Source: an archaeon
Lineage (GTDB): Archaea; Iainarchaeota; Iainarchaeia; Iainarchaeales; GCA-2688035
Assembly: GCA_035290965.1 (NCBI GenBank)
Contig: DATDTD010000071.1
Span: forward strand, 48,155 to 112,154
DNA: 64,000 bases
Direction: 5' to 3'
Below, one piece after another: positions 1 to 9,215 of this stretch. The position numbers and the translations under genes are program-made. The notes beneath the pieces were generated by a model. It was not told the DNA's origin, made no database searches, and was given only the letters and a program-made list of their open reading frames with translations. The stretch's first letter is position 1, and every line of letters starts with the position of its first letter.

Positions 1-680
1 TCGGTTATTACTAACAAATCAGTTCTACTGCCTACTCCCGGTGCGGCTTCAGAATTTTTCTTTGCTTTAAAAACCAAGAAAAGCGCTTTCTCAAAATCAA
101 GATTGGGCGAATATCCTTCTGAAATCAAAGTATTAATTGCATGTATGTTCCCTATTCCTATTGCTTGAAATCCTATCTGGTTATTTTCTATAGGCTTGCC
201 TGCTTGGTTAATAGTATACAAGTGAGTTCCTTCTTCATCTATGCCCGCAAGAAGCAATTCAACACCCAAGTTAAAAGTTTCGACATCTTGATTTAGTTTG
301 AATGCTATTTCCGGAATCAAGTTTCTCATTTGTCCGCCTCTGTAAAACTCTTCCATGTCTAACTTCTTTGGCTTAAAAATAAATTCATTTATTACTTCCA
401 TCCTTTTCTCTATGACTATTTCTTGCAATCTATTAGCAATCTCTTCAACAGTGCTGGTTTCTCCAACTGAGGCTTTCAACTTTTTTTTAAATTCTTGCTG
501 TAAAACAGTAGTCCCCGCAAGCAGCATTATTGTTCTCTCAGTTATCTCGCAAAACTTTTTACTATCATGTTCAAATTCAACATTATAGCTACCAAAATTG
601 CCAGTAATTAAATGATCTGACGCTGCAATTATAACTTCTTTTCCATCCAATTTACATATCGAAGTAATACAAATAGTCAT
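1..680 (-). CDS. Divergent proteasome beta-type Ntn hydrolase (partial, runs off the window start)
   Basis: Not in the ORF track. Hand translation from ATG at 680 gives MTICITSICKLDGKEVIIAASDHLITG...LLLAGID...FQAIGIG...AAPGVG, open to the window edge. Thr follows Met, and the motifs resemble proteasome beta subunits. Confidence 0.65.
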   Translation of the reverse strand, partial: MTICITSICKLDGKEVIIAASDHLITGNFGSYNVEFEHDSKKFCEITERTIMLLAGTTVLQQEFKKKLKASVGETSTVEEIANRLQEIVIEKRMEVINEFIFKPKKLDMEEFYRGGQMRNLIPEIAFKLNQDVETFNLGVELLLAGIDEEGTHLYTINQAGKPIENNQIGFQAIGIGNIHAINTLISEGYSPNLDFEKALFLVFKAKKNSEAAPGVGSRTDLLVIT

Positions 681-877
681 GTTCTCTTCAAAATTGGCAT
701 TAGAAAAATTGATAAATCCAGCACCATTACTGCAATTGTCGAAAATGAGTTTTCAGCAAAGCCATCACAGGAACTCAGAGCAACGGAAAAGAACAATTCA
801 AGACAACACAAGTTTTGGGTTCAGGAAAACCCTAAATGATTTATATAAGTTTAATCAAATTAATTGTTGGTGTTGCC

Positions 878-2167
878 TTGGGAAAACAGAATCTTGCGTA
901 TTCAGGCTTTATTGACATTGGCTATAAGCCTTCTCCAAAAGACCTTGTTGCGGAATTTTTTCTGGAAAAAGGCAGAGGGGTTTCTTTCAGGGAAGCTGCG
1001 CAGGCAATTGCATCGGAATCAAGCATCGGCACATGGACGGAAATTTCCACAATGAAACCCGAAATAAAAAAAAGCCTTTCTCCAAAAATATTTGAAATGC
1101 GCCCTTACAGCGGAACAGTAAAAATCGCTTATCCAATGGAACTGTTTGAAAAGGGAAACATTCCCCAATTGCTTTCAAGCATTGCGGGAAATATTTTTGG
1201 AATGAAGGAAGCCAAAAACCTGCGCCTTGAGGATATTAATTTTCCCGACGAATACATCAATGCATTCAAGGGACCGAAATTCGGAATCGCAGGAATAAGA
1301 AAAACACTTAACATTTACAACAGGCCGTTGTTGGGCACAATAATAAAGCCGAAACTCGGATTGAATCCAGAAGAGCATGCAAAGGTTGCTTTTGAGGCAT
1401 GGCTCGGAGGCTGCGATTTAGTTAAAGATGATGAAAACCTTACAAGCATGGCTTTTAACAATTTTGAAAGGCGTGTAAAGGAAACTTTGAAAATGCGCGC
1501 AAAAGCAGAGAAAATGACTGGAGAAAGAAAGGCTTACATGGCAAATGTCTCTGCTCCTTACAAGGAAATGGTGCGCAGGGCAAAATTTTTGAAAAAGCAG
1601 GGCAATGAATACGCAATGGTTGACATTGTCTCTATTGGATGGAGCGCCTTGCAGGAACTGCGCAATGAAGAGCTCGGATTGATTCTGCATGCGCACCGCG
1701 CAGGGCACGCTGCCTTTACAAGAAATCCCAAGCACGGAATTTCAATGCTTGCAATTGCAAAGCTATGCAGATTATGCGGACTGGACCAGCTGCATATTGG
1801 CGCAATTTTCGGAAAAATGACTGGTGCAAGGTTTGAAGTGCAAAAAATCGGCGAAGAAATAGAGCACAGAATAGTCAGGCCGAGCATCGGGGGGCACGTG
1901 CTTGCTGAAAACTGGCTTCATTTAAAGCCAATGCTTGCTGTTTGTTCGGGAGGACTGCATCCTGCAAAAGTTCCCGGGCTTGTGAATGCGCTTGGAAAAG
2001 ATATTGCTATACAAATGGGCGGAGGAATTCACGGGCACCCAATGGGAACAATGAAGGGCGCAACCGCGGCAAGGCAGGCAATAGAAGCAGCAGTCCATAA
2101 AATTCCCTTGCACGAATTTGCAAAAAACCATTTTGAACTCCAAGCAGTTTTGAGGCAATGGAAATAA
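878..2167 (+). CDS. rbcL: RuBisCO large subunit, form III-like
   Basis: ESSIGTW, KPKLGL, GCDLVKDDE (carbamylated Lys motif), HAHRAGH, GKM loop 6, SGGLHP and GGGIHGHP. Likely TTG start at 878 after GGTG, with TTTATATA at 840-847. Confidence 0.93.
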   Translation: MGKQNLAYSGFIDIGYKPSPKDLVAEFFLEKGRGVSFREAAQAIASESSIGTWTEISTMKPEIKKSLSPKIFEMRPYSGTVKIAYPMELFEKGNIPQLLSSIAGNIFGMKEAKNLRLEDINFPDEYINAFKGPKFGIAGIRKTLNIYNRPLLGTIIKPKLGLNPEEHAKVAFEAWLGGCDLVKDDENLTSMAFNNFERRVKETLKMRAKAEKMTGERKAYMANVSAPYKEMVRRAKFLKKQGNEYAMVDIVSIGWSALQELRNEELGLILHAHRAGHAAFTRNPKHGISMLAIAKLCRLCGLDQLHIGAIFGKMTGARFEVQKIGEEIEHRIVRPSIGGHVLAENWLHLKPMLAVCSGGLHPAKVPGLVNALGKDIAIQMGGGIHGHPMGTMKGATAARQAIEAAVHKIPLHEFAKNHFELQAVLRQWK

Positions 2168-2192
2168 AATTGTTTTTGCCCAAACTGTTTTT

Positions 2193-2504
2193 ATGGCAGC
2201 AGATTTTTCAAAAAGAGTCTGGAAACTTATTGCAAAAATCCCGCGCGGAAAAGTTTCCACTTACAAGGAAATTGCGCGCGCACTCGGAAATTCAAAGGCG
2301 GCGCGCGCAGTGGGAAATGCATGCAATGCAAATCCTTTTGCCCCAAAAGTTCCCTGCCACAGGATAGTGGGAGCATGTGGAAGGCTGGGAGGATACGCAA
2401 AGGGCGCAAAAGAAAAAGCGCGTTTGCTGGAAAAAGAAGGCATTGAAATTAAAAAAAGCAGAATACAAAACTTTGAAAAGTTTTTTTTCAGGTTTGAAAA
2501 ATAA
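2193..2504 (+). CDS. ogt: Methylated-DNA--protein-cysteine methyltransferase (MGMT, C-terminal domain only)
   Basis: IPRGKVSTY, ARAVGNA and the PCHR active-site motif. Confidence 0.9.
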   Translation: MAADFSKRVWKLIAKIPRGKVSTYKEIARALGNSKAARAVGNACNANPFAPKVPCHRIVGACGRLGGYAKGAKEKARLLEKEGIEIKKSRIQNFEKFFFRFEK

Positions 2505-2529
2505 AAATTATTTTTTGTTTCTTTTTATT

Positions 2530-2874
2530 TCATTTTTTGCGCTTTGGTTTCCTGTATTTATAGCCACGCCATCTTCTGTCCTCATAAAGCATGCCGGAAT
2601 ATTTAGGAGAATGTACGCGCGGATTCGCGCCAAGCCCAACCACGCGGCCCAATCGCTTTCGTTTGTCTTCGAGAAGATTTACAAAATCGCTTAAACTTTC
2701 AACATGCCGCTGGCTTTTAAGTCTTTCACGCGGTTGAAAAAAGCGAATGCTTTGCATATCCGGGCCCGCAAAAACTTGGCCCCTGGATACAGGCGGAGTT
2801 ACACGCCTGTTGGCATGTTTTTTTGGATTCCATTTTTCGCCTGGTTTTGGGCGGGATCGTTTTCGTGCTGGCAT
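2530..2874 (-). CDS. Very basic hypothetical protein
   Basis: 114-aa Arg/Lys-rich ORF filling the gap between ogt and carB. No recognised domain. Confidence 0.6.
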   Translation of the reverse strand: MPARKRSRPKPGEKWNPKKHANRRVTPPVSRGQVFAGPDMQSIRFFQPRERLKSQRHVESLSDFVNLLEDKRKRLGRVVGLGANPRVHSPKYSGMLYEDRRWRGYKYRKPKRKK

Positions 2875-2927
2875 GCAATTTCACTAACATAACTAAGCCT
2901 ATTTGTAATATTTAAAGTTAATTGAAT

Positions 2928-5900
2928 TCATTTTCCAAAGTATTCCTGCCAGTGCTTTATTTCGAATTCTTTTCCGCCTGTTTTTTCAAGGCTGCGGATG
3001 AACAGCTTTGCAAGCTGCTTGTTTGTAATCAATGGAACGTTAAAATCAACTGCGGAACGCCGCAGGGCATACTGCTTTTCAAGCTGTTTCCTGTTGAATT
3101 CCTGCGGAATGCAGATTACAAGGTCGAGAAGGCCTTTTCTCAAAAAAGTTGCAGTGTTGGGCTCTTTTTTTTCATGCTCCTTGAAAACCATTCTGCAGGG
3201 AATTGCATTTTTTTCGAGAAATTTCTGCGTGTGCTCTGTTGCGAACAATGCAAAGCCACGGTTTTTCAGAACTCGGATTTCCTCAAGCAAATCCTTCCTG
3301 TTTTCATCCCCGCTGATGCTTACAAGAATGTTTTTTTCAGGCATTGAAAAACCAGCCGCAATAATGCTTTTGAGAAAAGCGTCCTCAAAGCTTGTTGAAA
3401 GGCACGCCACTTCTCCTGTAGAAGCCATTTCAACCCCAAGAAGAGGGTCTGCCCCCTTTAGCCTGCTGAAGGAAAACTGGGGAGCTTTAACGCCCACAAA
3501 ATCAAGCTCGGGAAACTCTTCAGGCTTCAGGTTTTTTTCACCCATTACTGCCTTTGTGGCTGTTTCAATAAAATTCTTCCCGGAAATTTTTGAAACAAAG
3601 GGAAAGCTCCTGCTTGCGCGCAGGTTGCATTCAATTACCTTTACCTCATTCTGCTTTGCAATGAACTGAATATTGAAGGGGCCGTTAATCTCAAGCTTCT
3701 GCGCGATTTTTTCCCCTATTTCAAGAATCCTGTTCTTTGTTGCGGGATAGGTTTTCTGCGTAGGGAGGACAATTGTCGCGTCTCCGCTGTGCACGCCGGC
3801 ATTTTCAACATGCTCGCTTACTGCATAAACAAGAAGCCTTCCGTCCTGCGCAACTGCATCGAGCTCTAACTCCCTTGCATTCACAATGAATTTGCTCATT
3901 ATTACAGGATGTTCCGGAGAAAGAGCGGTTGCCTTTTTCAGGTATGAAATCAGGTCTTTTTCATTGAATGCAACGCTCATTGCGCTTCCGCTCAAAACAT
4001 AGCTCGGGCGCACCATAACCGGAAAGCCCACCTTGTTTGCAAAAACCACTGCATCTTTTTCAGCTGAAAGCTCTTTCCATTCAGGCTGGTCAATTCCCAA
4101 AGAATCGCAGAGAGCGCTGAACTTGTGCCTGTCCTCTGCAATGTCGATTGTTTCTGCTTTTGTGCCTAAAATTCTTGCGCCGGCTTTCTGAAGCTTCAAA
4201 GCAAGATTGTTCGGGATTTGCCCGCCCATGCTAATGATTATTCCTTCGGGATTTTCCTTTTCATAAATGTCAAGCACTCTTTCAAGGCTGAGCTCTTCAA
4301 AATAAAGCTTGTCGCAGATGTCATAGTCAGTGCTCACTGTTTCAGGATTGAAATTAAGCATTATTGTTTTTTTTCCGAGCTTTTTCAAGGCCTGGATTGC
4401 TGTTACAGAGCACCAGTCGAATTCAACGCTGCTTCCGATGCTGTAACTGCCGCTTCCCAAAACCAGGACCTGGTTTTTTTCTCCAAAGGAAATGTCGCTT
4501 TCAATTGCATTATAGGTTGCGTACAAATAGTTTGTCTGCGCGGGAAATTCAGCTGCAAGAGTGTCAATCTGCTTTATGAAAGGCAGAATCCCTAACTGCT
4601 TTCTTTTTTCCCTTACAACAAGCTCATCTTCACTCCCTGAAAGAATTGCAATCTGCTTGTCGCTGAAACCGAGTTTTTTTGCCTTCAGGAGCAATTCTTT
4701 TTCAATTCCCCTTTCCTTTACCTGTTCTGATGTTGCTATTATGTTTTTTATTTTTTCAAGGAACCATTTGTCTATTTTTGTGAGCGAATGGATTTTTTCA
4801 ATGCTCCAGTTTTTCTGGATTGCCTTTGCAATTGCAAAAAGCCTTTCATCGTTTGGGACTGAAATTTTTTTTTCAAGCCCCTTGAATTCAATGTTGTTTG
4901 CAATAAGGCCATACATTCCAATGTTCAGCATTCTCACTGCCTTCTGGACTGCCTCTTCAAAAGTCCTGCCTATTGCCATTACTTCTCCCACGCTTTTCAT
5001 TTCAGTTCCAATCAGATGATTTGCTTTCTTGAATTTTTTCAAATCCCAGCGCGGCATTTTTACTACAATGTAATCAAGAGCAGGCTCAAAGCACGCCTTT
5101 GTTTTTTTTGTAATGCTGTTTTCAAGCTCGAGAAGGCTGTGCCCCAAGCTGAGCTTTGCGGCAACAAATGCAAGCGGATAGCCTGTTGCTTTTGAGGCAA
5201 GCGCACTGCTCCTGCTTAATCTCGCGTTTACTTCAATAACCCTGTAATCAGAACTTTTTGTGTCAAGCGCAAATTGTATATTGCATTCTCCAACTATTCC
5301 AAAGTGCCTTATTGCCTTTATTGAAAGTTCGCGGAGCATGTGATATTCGCTGTTTGAAAGAGTCTGGCTTGGGGCGACAACAATGCTTTCTCCTGTGTGA
5401 ACTCCTAAAGGATCGAAGTTTTCCATGTTGCATACAGTAATGCAGTTGTCATTGACATCCCTTACAACTTCATATTCTATTTCCTTCCAGCCTGCAAGGC
5501 ATTCTTCAACAAGAAGCTGCGGGCTGACTTTGAAGGATTGTTCCGCGAGCTTTTTAAGTTCTTCCAGATTGTTTGCAAATCCGCTTCCTTTTCCTCCGAG
5601 CGCAAAAGCAGCTCTTACAATTACAGGAAAACCTATTTTGCTTCCTGCAGAGAGGGCTTCTTCAAGGTTTTTTGCGGGAATGCTTTTCGGAACATTTATT
5701 CCGATTTTCCGGAGTTCAAGATTGAACAATTCCCTGTCCTCTGTTTTCCTGATTGCATCAATCTGTGTCCCAAGAACCTTTACATTGTGCTTTTCAAGAA
5801 CTCCAGAATCATGCAGAGCAAGCCCGCAATTGAGGGCTGTCTGCCCTCCGAAACCAAGAAGAATTGCCTCTGGCTTTTCTTTTTCAATTATTTTTTCCAC

Positions 5901-6144
5901 AAACTGCGCGTTCACTGGCAGAAAATAAATTTTGTCTGCAAAGCCCGAGCTTGTCTGGATAGTAGCAATATTTGGATTGACAAGGACTGTCTCAATTCCT
6001 TCTTCCTTGAGAGCTTTTATGGCTTGAGAACCGGAGTAGTCGAATAGACGGTCTAATGGTTTAACAACCAAAAAGACTTTCGCCCGCTTCCCCGATTTTC
6101 AAGGCACCGCTTCCAAGAATCAATACCTTTTTTGGCTTTTCAAT
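2928..6144 (-). CDS. carB: Carbamoyl-phosphate synthase large subunit, split gene: exon 1 6144-6079, exon 2 6044-2928 (about 1060 aa after splicing)
   Basis: Exon 1 translates as (I/M)EKPKKVLILGSGALKIGEAGE. Exon 2 begins FDYSGSQAIKALKEEG and holds two ATP-grasp halves plus an MGS-like C-terminus. The exons are in different frames, separated by 34 nt. Confidence 0.93.
6045..6078 (-). other. Putative 34-nt bulge-helix-bulge (BHB) mRNA intron in carB
   Basis: The mRNA reads GGCG-AA^A-GUCU-UUU-UGGUU-GUUA-AACCA-UU-AGAC-CGUC-UA^U. It has a 4-bp central helix GGCG/CGUC, two 3-nt bulges and an intron stem GUCU/AGAC plus UGGUU/AACCA. Removal restores the frame and the conserved motif. Confidence 0.85.
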
Positions 6145-7291
6145 AGGCTGTCACCTCTTTTATTTTCCAGATTATTGCCCGGTTAGGGGCTGTTTTTCCA
6201 ATTTGTTCCACAAGATTCTTTACTTCAAGCTGTTTTAATTTCTTTAATGTTTTTTGAACGCTGAAGTTTAGTTCATTAGCAATTCCTGATGTGGATGCGG
6301 AATTTCTTTTAAGGCATTCTATTATTTTTTGTCTAAATCTGTTTTCTTCATGCTTAGTGTATTTCGTTGCTTTAGTGGCAAGTTTTTCTAGTTTCAAAAA
6401 CTTTTTGCCTGAGCACAGCCCGATGTTTTGATAAAAATTTGTGATACTATACTGGTCTGTAATATTTAGGTACATTACGCAGTGTCGCCCGTCAACTTTA
6501 GTATAATACCTTGAAATAAGCGGTTCCCCTGCGTTAATATCGAATTCTTTTAACAACTCTTTTATCTGGCTTAAAAGCATCCTTAAAGAATCTGCAATTG
6601 ATTCATGCCTTGTTTGATAAAGATTAACTCCCTTTGCCCTAAATGATTTCGAATACATTACCGAACCGTCATCATCAAATATTGCTTTGAGGAAAGCCTT
6701 TTTGCAGGGCTTGCTGCCGTTCATAATCCAGGCAGGAACCAAATTTTTATTATAAATTTTGGGGGCTTGTGGAGCGCCAAATTGCAGCAGTATTTCGCCG
6801 ATTATCGAGGGATACCCTATCCGCGTGTTATTTTTTGTATAGGGCTTAATCCCAAACTGTTTCTCAACCAGTTCTTCAACCTCACACAGCAGTAAACTGT
6901 TTGTGTTGCTATATTCAAACTGCCTTCTTCTTGAACAAACAAACCCATCTCCAAAAACATGCCCAACCAATGAAGCAATATCCTCGTTTCCAGTTATTGG
7001 CAATTTTGTTTTTAATGAAAGCCCGGCACGTGTTTTTATCTCTTTAATATTTTTTTCAACCAGCTCCAGATTCAAATTTGCAAGTTCTGAGAGTTTAACC
7101 AATATTTTTTTAGGAATCGAATATTCAGACCTTTTCAGGCAGATGACAAAAGGATATGAAACCCCTAATTTTTCTGCAAGCGCATAATAATTTCCATTGC
7201 TCGCCTTTTCAGCAAGTTCTTTGCAAAATTGTTCCTCAAGAATGAATCTTGCAGAATCTGATAATTCCCAGAAATGCATTGTCTTTTGCAT
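6140..7291 (-). CDS. Free-standing two-motif LAGLIDADG (DOD-type) endonuclease with N-terminal HTH and C-terminal winged HTH
   Basis: Motifs ASLVGHVFGDG and AFLKAIFDDDG; HTH-like YALAEKLGVSY and STSGIANELNFSVQKTLKKLKQLE. No intein splicing residues. The ORF extends to an ATG at 7354, but ATG 7291 lies 23 nt after a TTTTAAAA box (7315-7322). Confidence 0.85.
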   Translation of the reverse strand: MQKTMHFWELSDSARFILEEQFCKELAEKASNGNYYALAEKLGVSYPFVICLKRSEYSIPKKILVKLSELANLNLELVEKNIKEIKTRAGLSLKTKLPITGNEDIASLVGHVFGDGFVCSRRRQFEYSNTNSLLLCEVEELVEKQFGIKPYTKNNTRIGYPSIIGEILLQFGAPQAPKIYNKNLVPAWIMNGSKPCKKAFLKAIFDDDGSVMYSKSFRAKGVNLYQTRHESIADSLRMLLSQIKELLKEFDINAGEPLISRYYTKVDGRHCVMYLNITDQYSITNFYQNIGLCSGKKFLKLEKLATKATKYTKHEENRFRQKIIECLKRNSASTSGIANELNFSVQKTLKKLKQLEVKNLVEQIGKTAPNRAIIWKIKEVTAY

Positions 7292-7350
7292 AGTTCTAAA
7301 TAATATTTTTTTTATTTTAAAACTGTTTCGGGACAGCAGATTTCCGCTAA

Positions 7351-8439
7351 TCATTTTTTTCCCTCTGCTATTTTCAAAAACTTGTCAAACAAAAAACCCG
7401 TATCCAAAGGCCCGGGATTTGCTTCTGGATGGAACTGCACGCTCATGAATGGCTTTGTTTTGTGCCGTATTCCCTCGTTTGTTCCGTCATTCAGATTTCT
7501 GAACCAGGGTTCCCATTCCTCTGAAAGTTTTTTTTCGTCAACTGCAAATCCGTGGTTCTGGCTTGTAATAAAGCATTTTTCCGTTCCCACAACAGTGCAG
7601 GGCTGGTTCTGGCTCCTGTGCCCGTATTTCAATTTGTAAGTGTCTGCTCCCGCGGCAAGAGCTAAAATCTGGTTTCCCAAACAAACGCCAAAAACAGGCT
7701 TTGAATATTCAAGGGCTTTTTTTATTGTTTCAATTGTAGCAGTGCATTGTTTGGGATCGCCAGGACCGTTGCTTATCATTATTGCGTCAAAATCAATTTT
7801 GCCGTTGAACAAATCAAAATCCCAGGGCACCTTGATTACTGAAGCGTTTCTTTCCAAAAGGCAGCGCACAATGCTGTTTTTTGCCCCGCAGTCAATGAGC
7901 GCGATTTTTACACCGCTGTTCTCATGAAAAATAGGTTCTCTGCAACTGACGTCAGCCACAAGGTTTTTTTTGTTAGGATCATTAAAAACTATTTCTTCGC
8001 CATCGAGCACAATCTTTCCTAACATTACTCCTTTTTCGCGGAGTTTTTTTGTGAGCGCCCTGCAGTCAATGCCAGTGATTGCGGGAATTTTTTCCTCGCG
8101 AAGCCATTCCTGAAGGGATTTTTCAGAGTTCCAGTGATTATGCTCAAAGCTGTAATCAGAAACAATCAATCCTTGTGCATGAATCCTGCTGCTTTCAAAG
8201 TTTTTTTCAAGATTGGATTCAAGGGCTTTGCCGGGAACACCATAATTTCCTATCAAAGGGTAGGAACAAACAAGAATCTGCCCCTCGTAACTCGGGTCTG
8301 TAAGGCTTTCAGGATAGCCCACCATTCCAGTGTTGAAAACAACTTCCCCTGAAATGCTTTTTTCAAAGCCAAAAGAAATTCCTGAAAAAACAGAAGAATC
8401 TTCCAAAACAAGTTTAATGCTTTTTTCTTGTTGCCGCAT
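7351..8439 (-). CDS. carA: Carbamoyl-phosphate synthase small subunit
   Basis: GEVVFNTGMVGYPESLTDPSY, SNGPGDP, GVCLGNQ, SQNHGFAV and QFHPEA. Confidence 0.96.
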   Translation of the reverse strand: MRQQEKSIKLVLEDSSVFSGISFGFEKSISGEVVFNTGMVGYPESLTDPSYEGQILVCSYPLIGNYGVPGKALESNLEKNFESSRIHAQGLIVSDYSFEHNHWNSEKSLQEWLREEKIPAITGIDCRALTKKLREKGVMLGKIVLDGEEIVFNDPNKKNLVADVSCREPIFHENSGVKIALIDCGAKNSIVRCLLERNASVIKVPWDFDLFNGKIDFDAIMISNGPGDPKQCTATIETIKKALEYSKPVFGVCLGNQILALAAGADTYKLKYGHRSQNQPCTVVGTEKCFITSQNHGFAVDEKKLSEEWEPWFRNLNDGTNEGIRHKTKPFMSVQFHPEANPGPLDTGFLFDKFLKIAEGKK

Positions 8440-8636
8440 TCTAAAAAAGGATTAATCACACAAACAGTTTAAAATAGTTTCCAGAATGCGGGGCACTGTA
8501 ATACAAACACCGAACAAAACAAGAGTAAGACAGGCTGCAAGTAAATCGCGCTTTCTCAGCAAGAGTGATTACGACAAAAAACGACAGCAAAGCAAAGTTT
8601 ATTAACTACAAAAACGCTAAATAAAATTGATTATGA

Positions 8637-9200
8637 ATGAAAAAAGGCTTTCTATTAATCATTTTTTTTAGCTTGCTTTTTTTGCCTGGCGCTTTTGCTA
8701 GCTACGGTATGATCTGTAATAGCAGTGCTCCGATTTTGTTGGTGGTGCAAAGTTATTCTTTTGTAGATGGAAATTTTTCTGTTAAACTGTTTAACAACAC
8801 TAACACAGATATTACTGTTGTTTCAACCCAGCCCCAAGGGGCTTTGGTTTTGGAGAGCGCTTCTAGCGGGCTAATTAAAAAAAATGAATTAATTAGCATT
8901 AGTGGAAAATACCCTCACAGAGAGATAAACGAAAACATTTTGTTATCTTATTTAAATCAAGCGGGAGAAAAAAAAGAATTAACTCTTAATTGCAGAGGAA
9001 GCGACCCAGATGTTGTAGATTCTGGAAACATGGCAAATTTTGTATTTCTCGCTTTAACTATCTTTTTCTTTGTGTCAAGTCTAATTTTAATTTGGTACGG
9101 ACAGAAAAAAGGAAAACCAACAATTAGAGCAATTGGAATTATATTGTTCTTATTTTTTTTATTAGCGCTGTTTCTTCTCCTCGTGCCCGTGCAGCCTTAA
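8637..9200 (+). CDS. Secreted, membrane-anchored hypothetical protein
   Basis: N-terminal signal peptide and two C-terminal hydrophobic helices. Confidence 0.75.
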   Translation: MKKGFLLIIFFSLLFLPGAFASYGMICNSSAPILLVVQSYSFVDGNFSVKLFNNTNTDITVVSTQPQGALVLESASSGLIKKNELISISGKYPHREINENILLSYLNQAGEKKELTLNCRGSDPDVVDSGNMANFVFLALTIFFFVSSLILIWYGQKKGKPTIRAIGIILFLFFLLALFLLLVPVQP

Positions 9201-9215
9201 GAAACCAGCAGGTTT

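Noticed and set aside
1..680. The Ntn-fold ORF as the missing purF
   Set aside because: PurF begins with Cys (MCG) and has a PRTase domain. This protein begins with Thr and looks proteasome-like.
6045..6071. ORF-track carB start at TTG 6071 (MVVKPLDRL)
   Set aside because: It lies inside the insert and would drop the conserved KVLILGSG...GEAGE segment, which is intact upstream in another frame.
2928..6144. carB as a frameshifted pseudogene
   Set aside because: Both exons are otherwise intact, carA is intact, and the insert has precise BHB geometry rather than looking like a random indel or duplication.
6147..7337. A second, large intron enclosing the endonuclease (GCTGTC at 6147-6152 and GACAGC at 7332-7337 are complementary, and one register would fuse ATG 7354 to carB)
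   Set aside because: Only 6 bp pair, the flanking helices and 3-nt bulges of a BHB are not formed, and one of three registers would be in frame by chance. RT-PCR across carA-carB would settle it.
6140..7354. The LAGLIDADG ORF as an intein
   Set aside because: It is not in frame within a host protein, and it has no N-terminal Cys/Ser block or C-terminal His-Asn.
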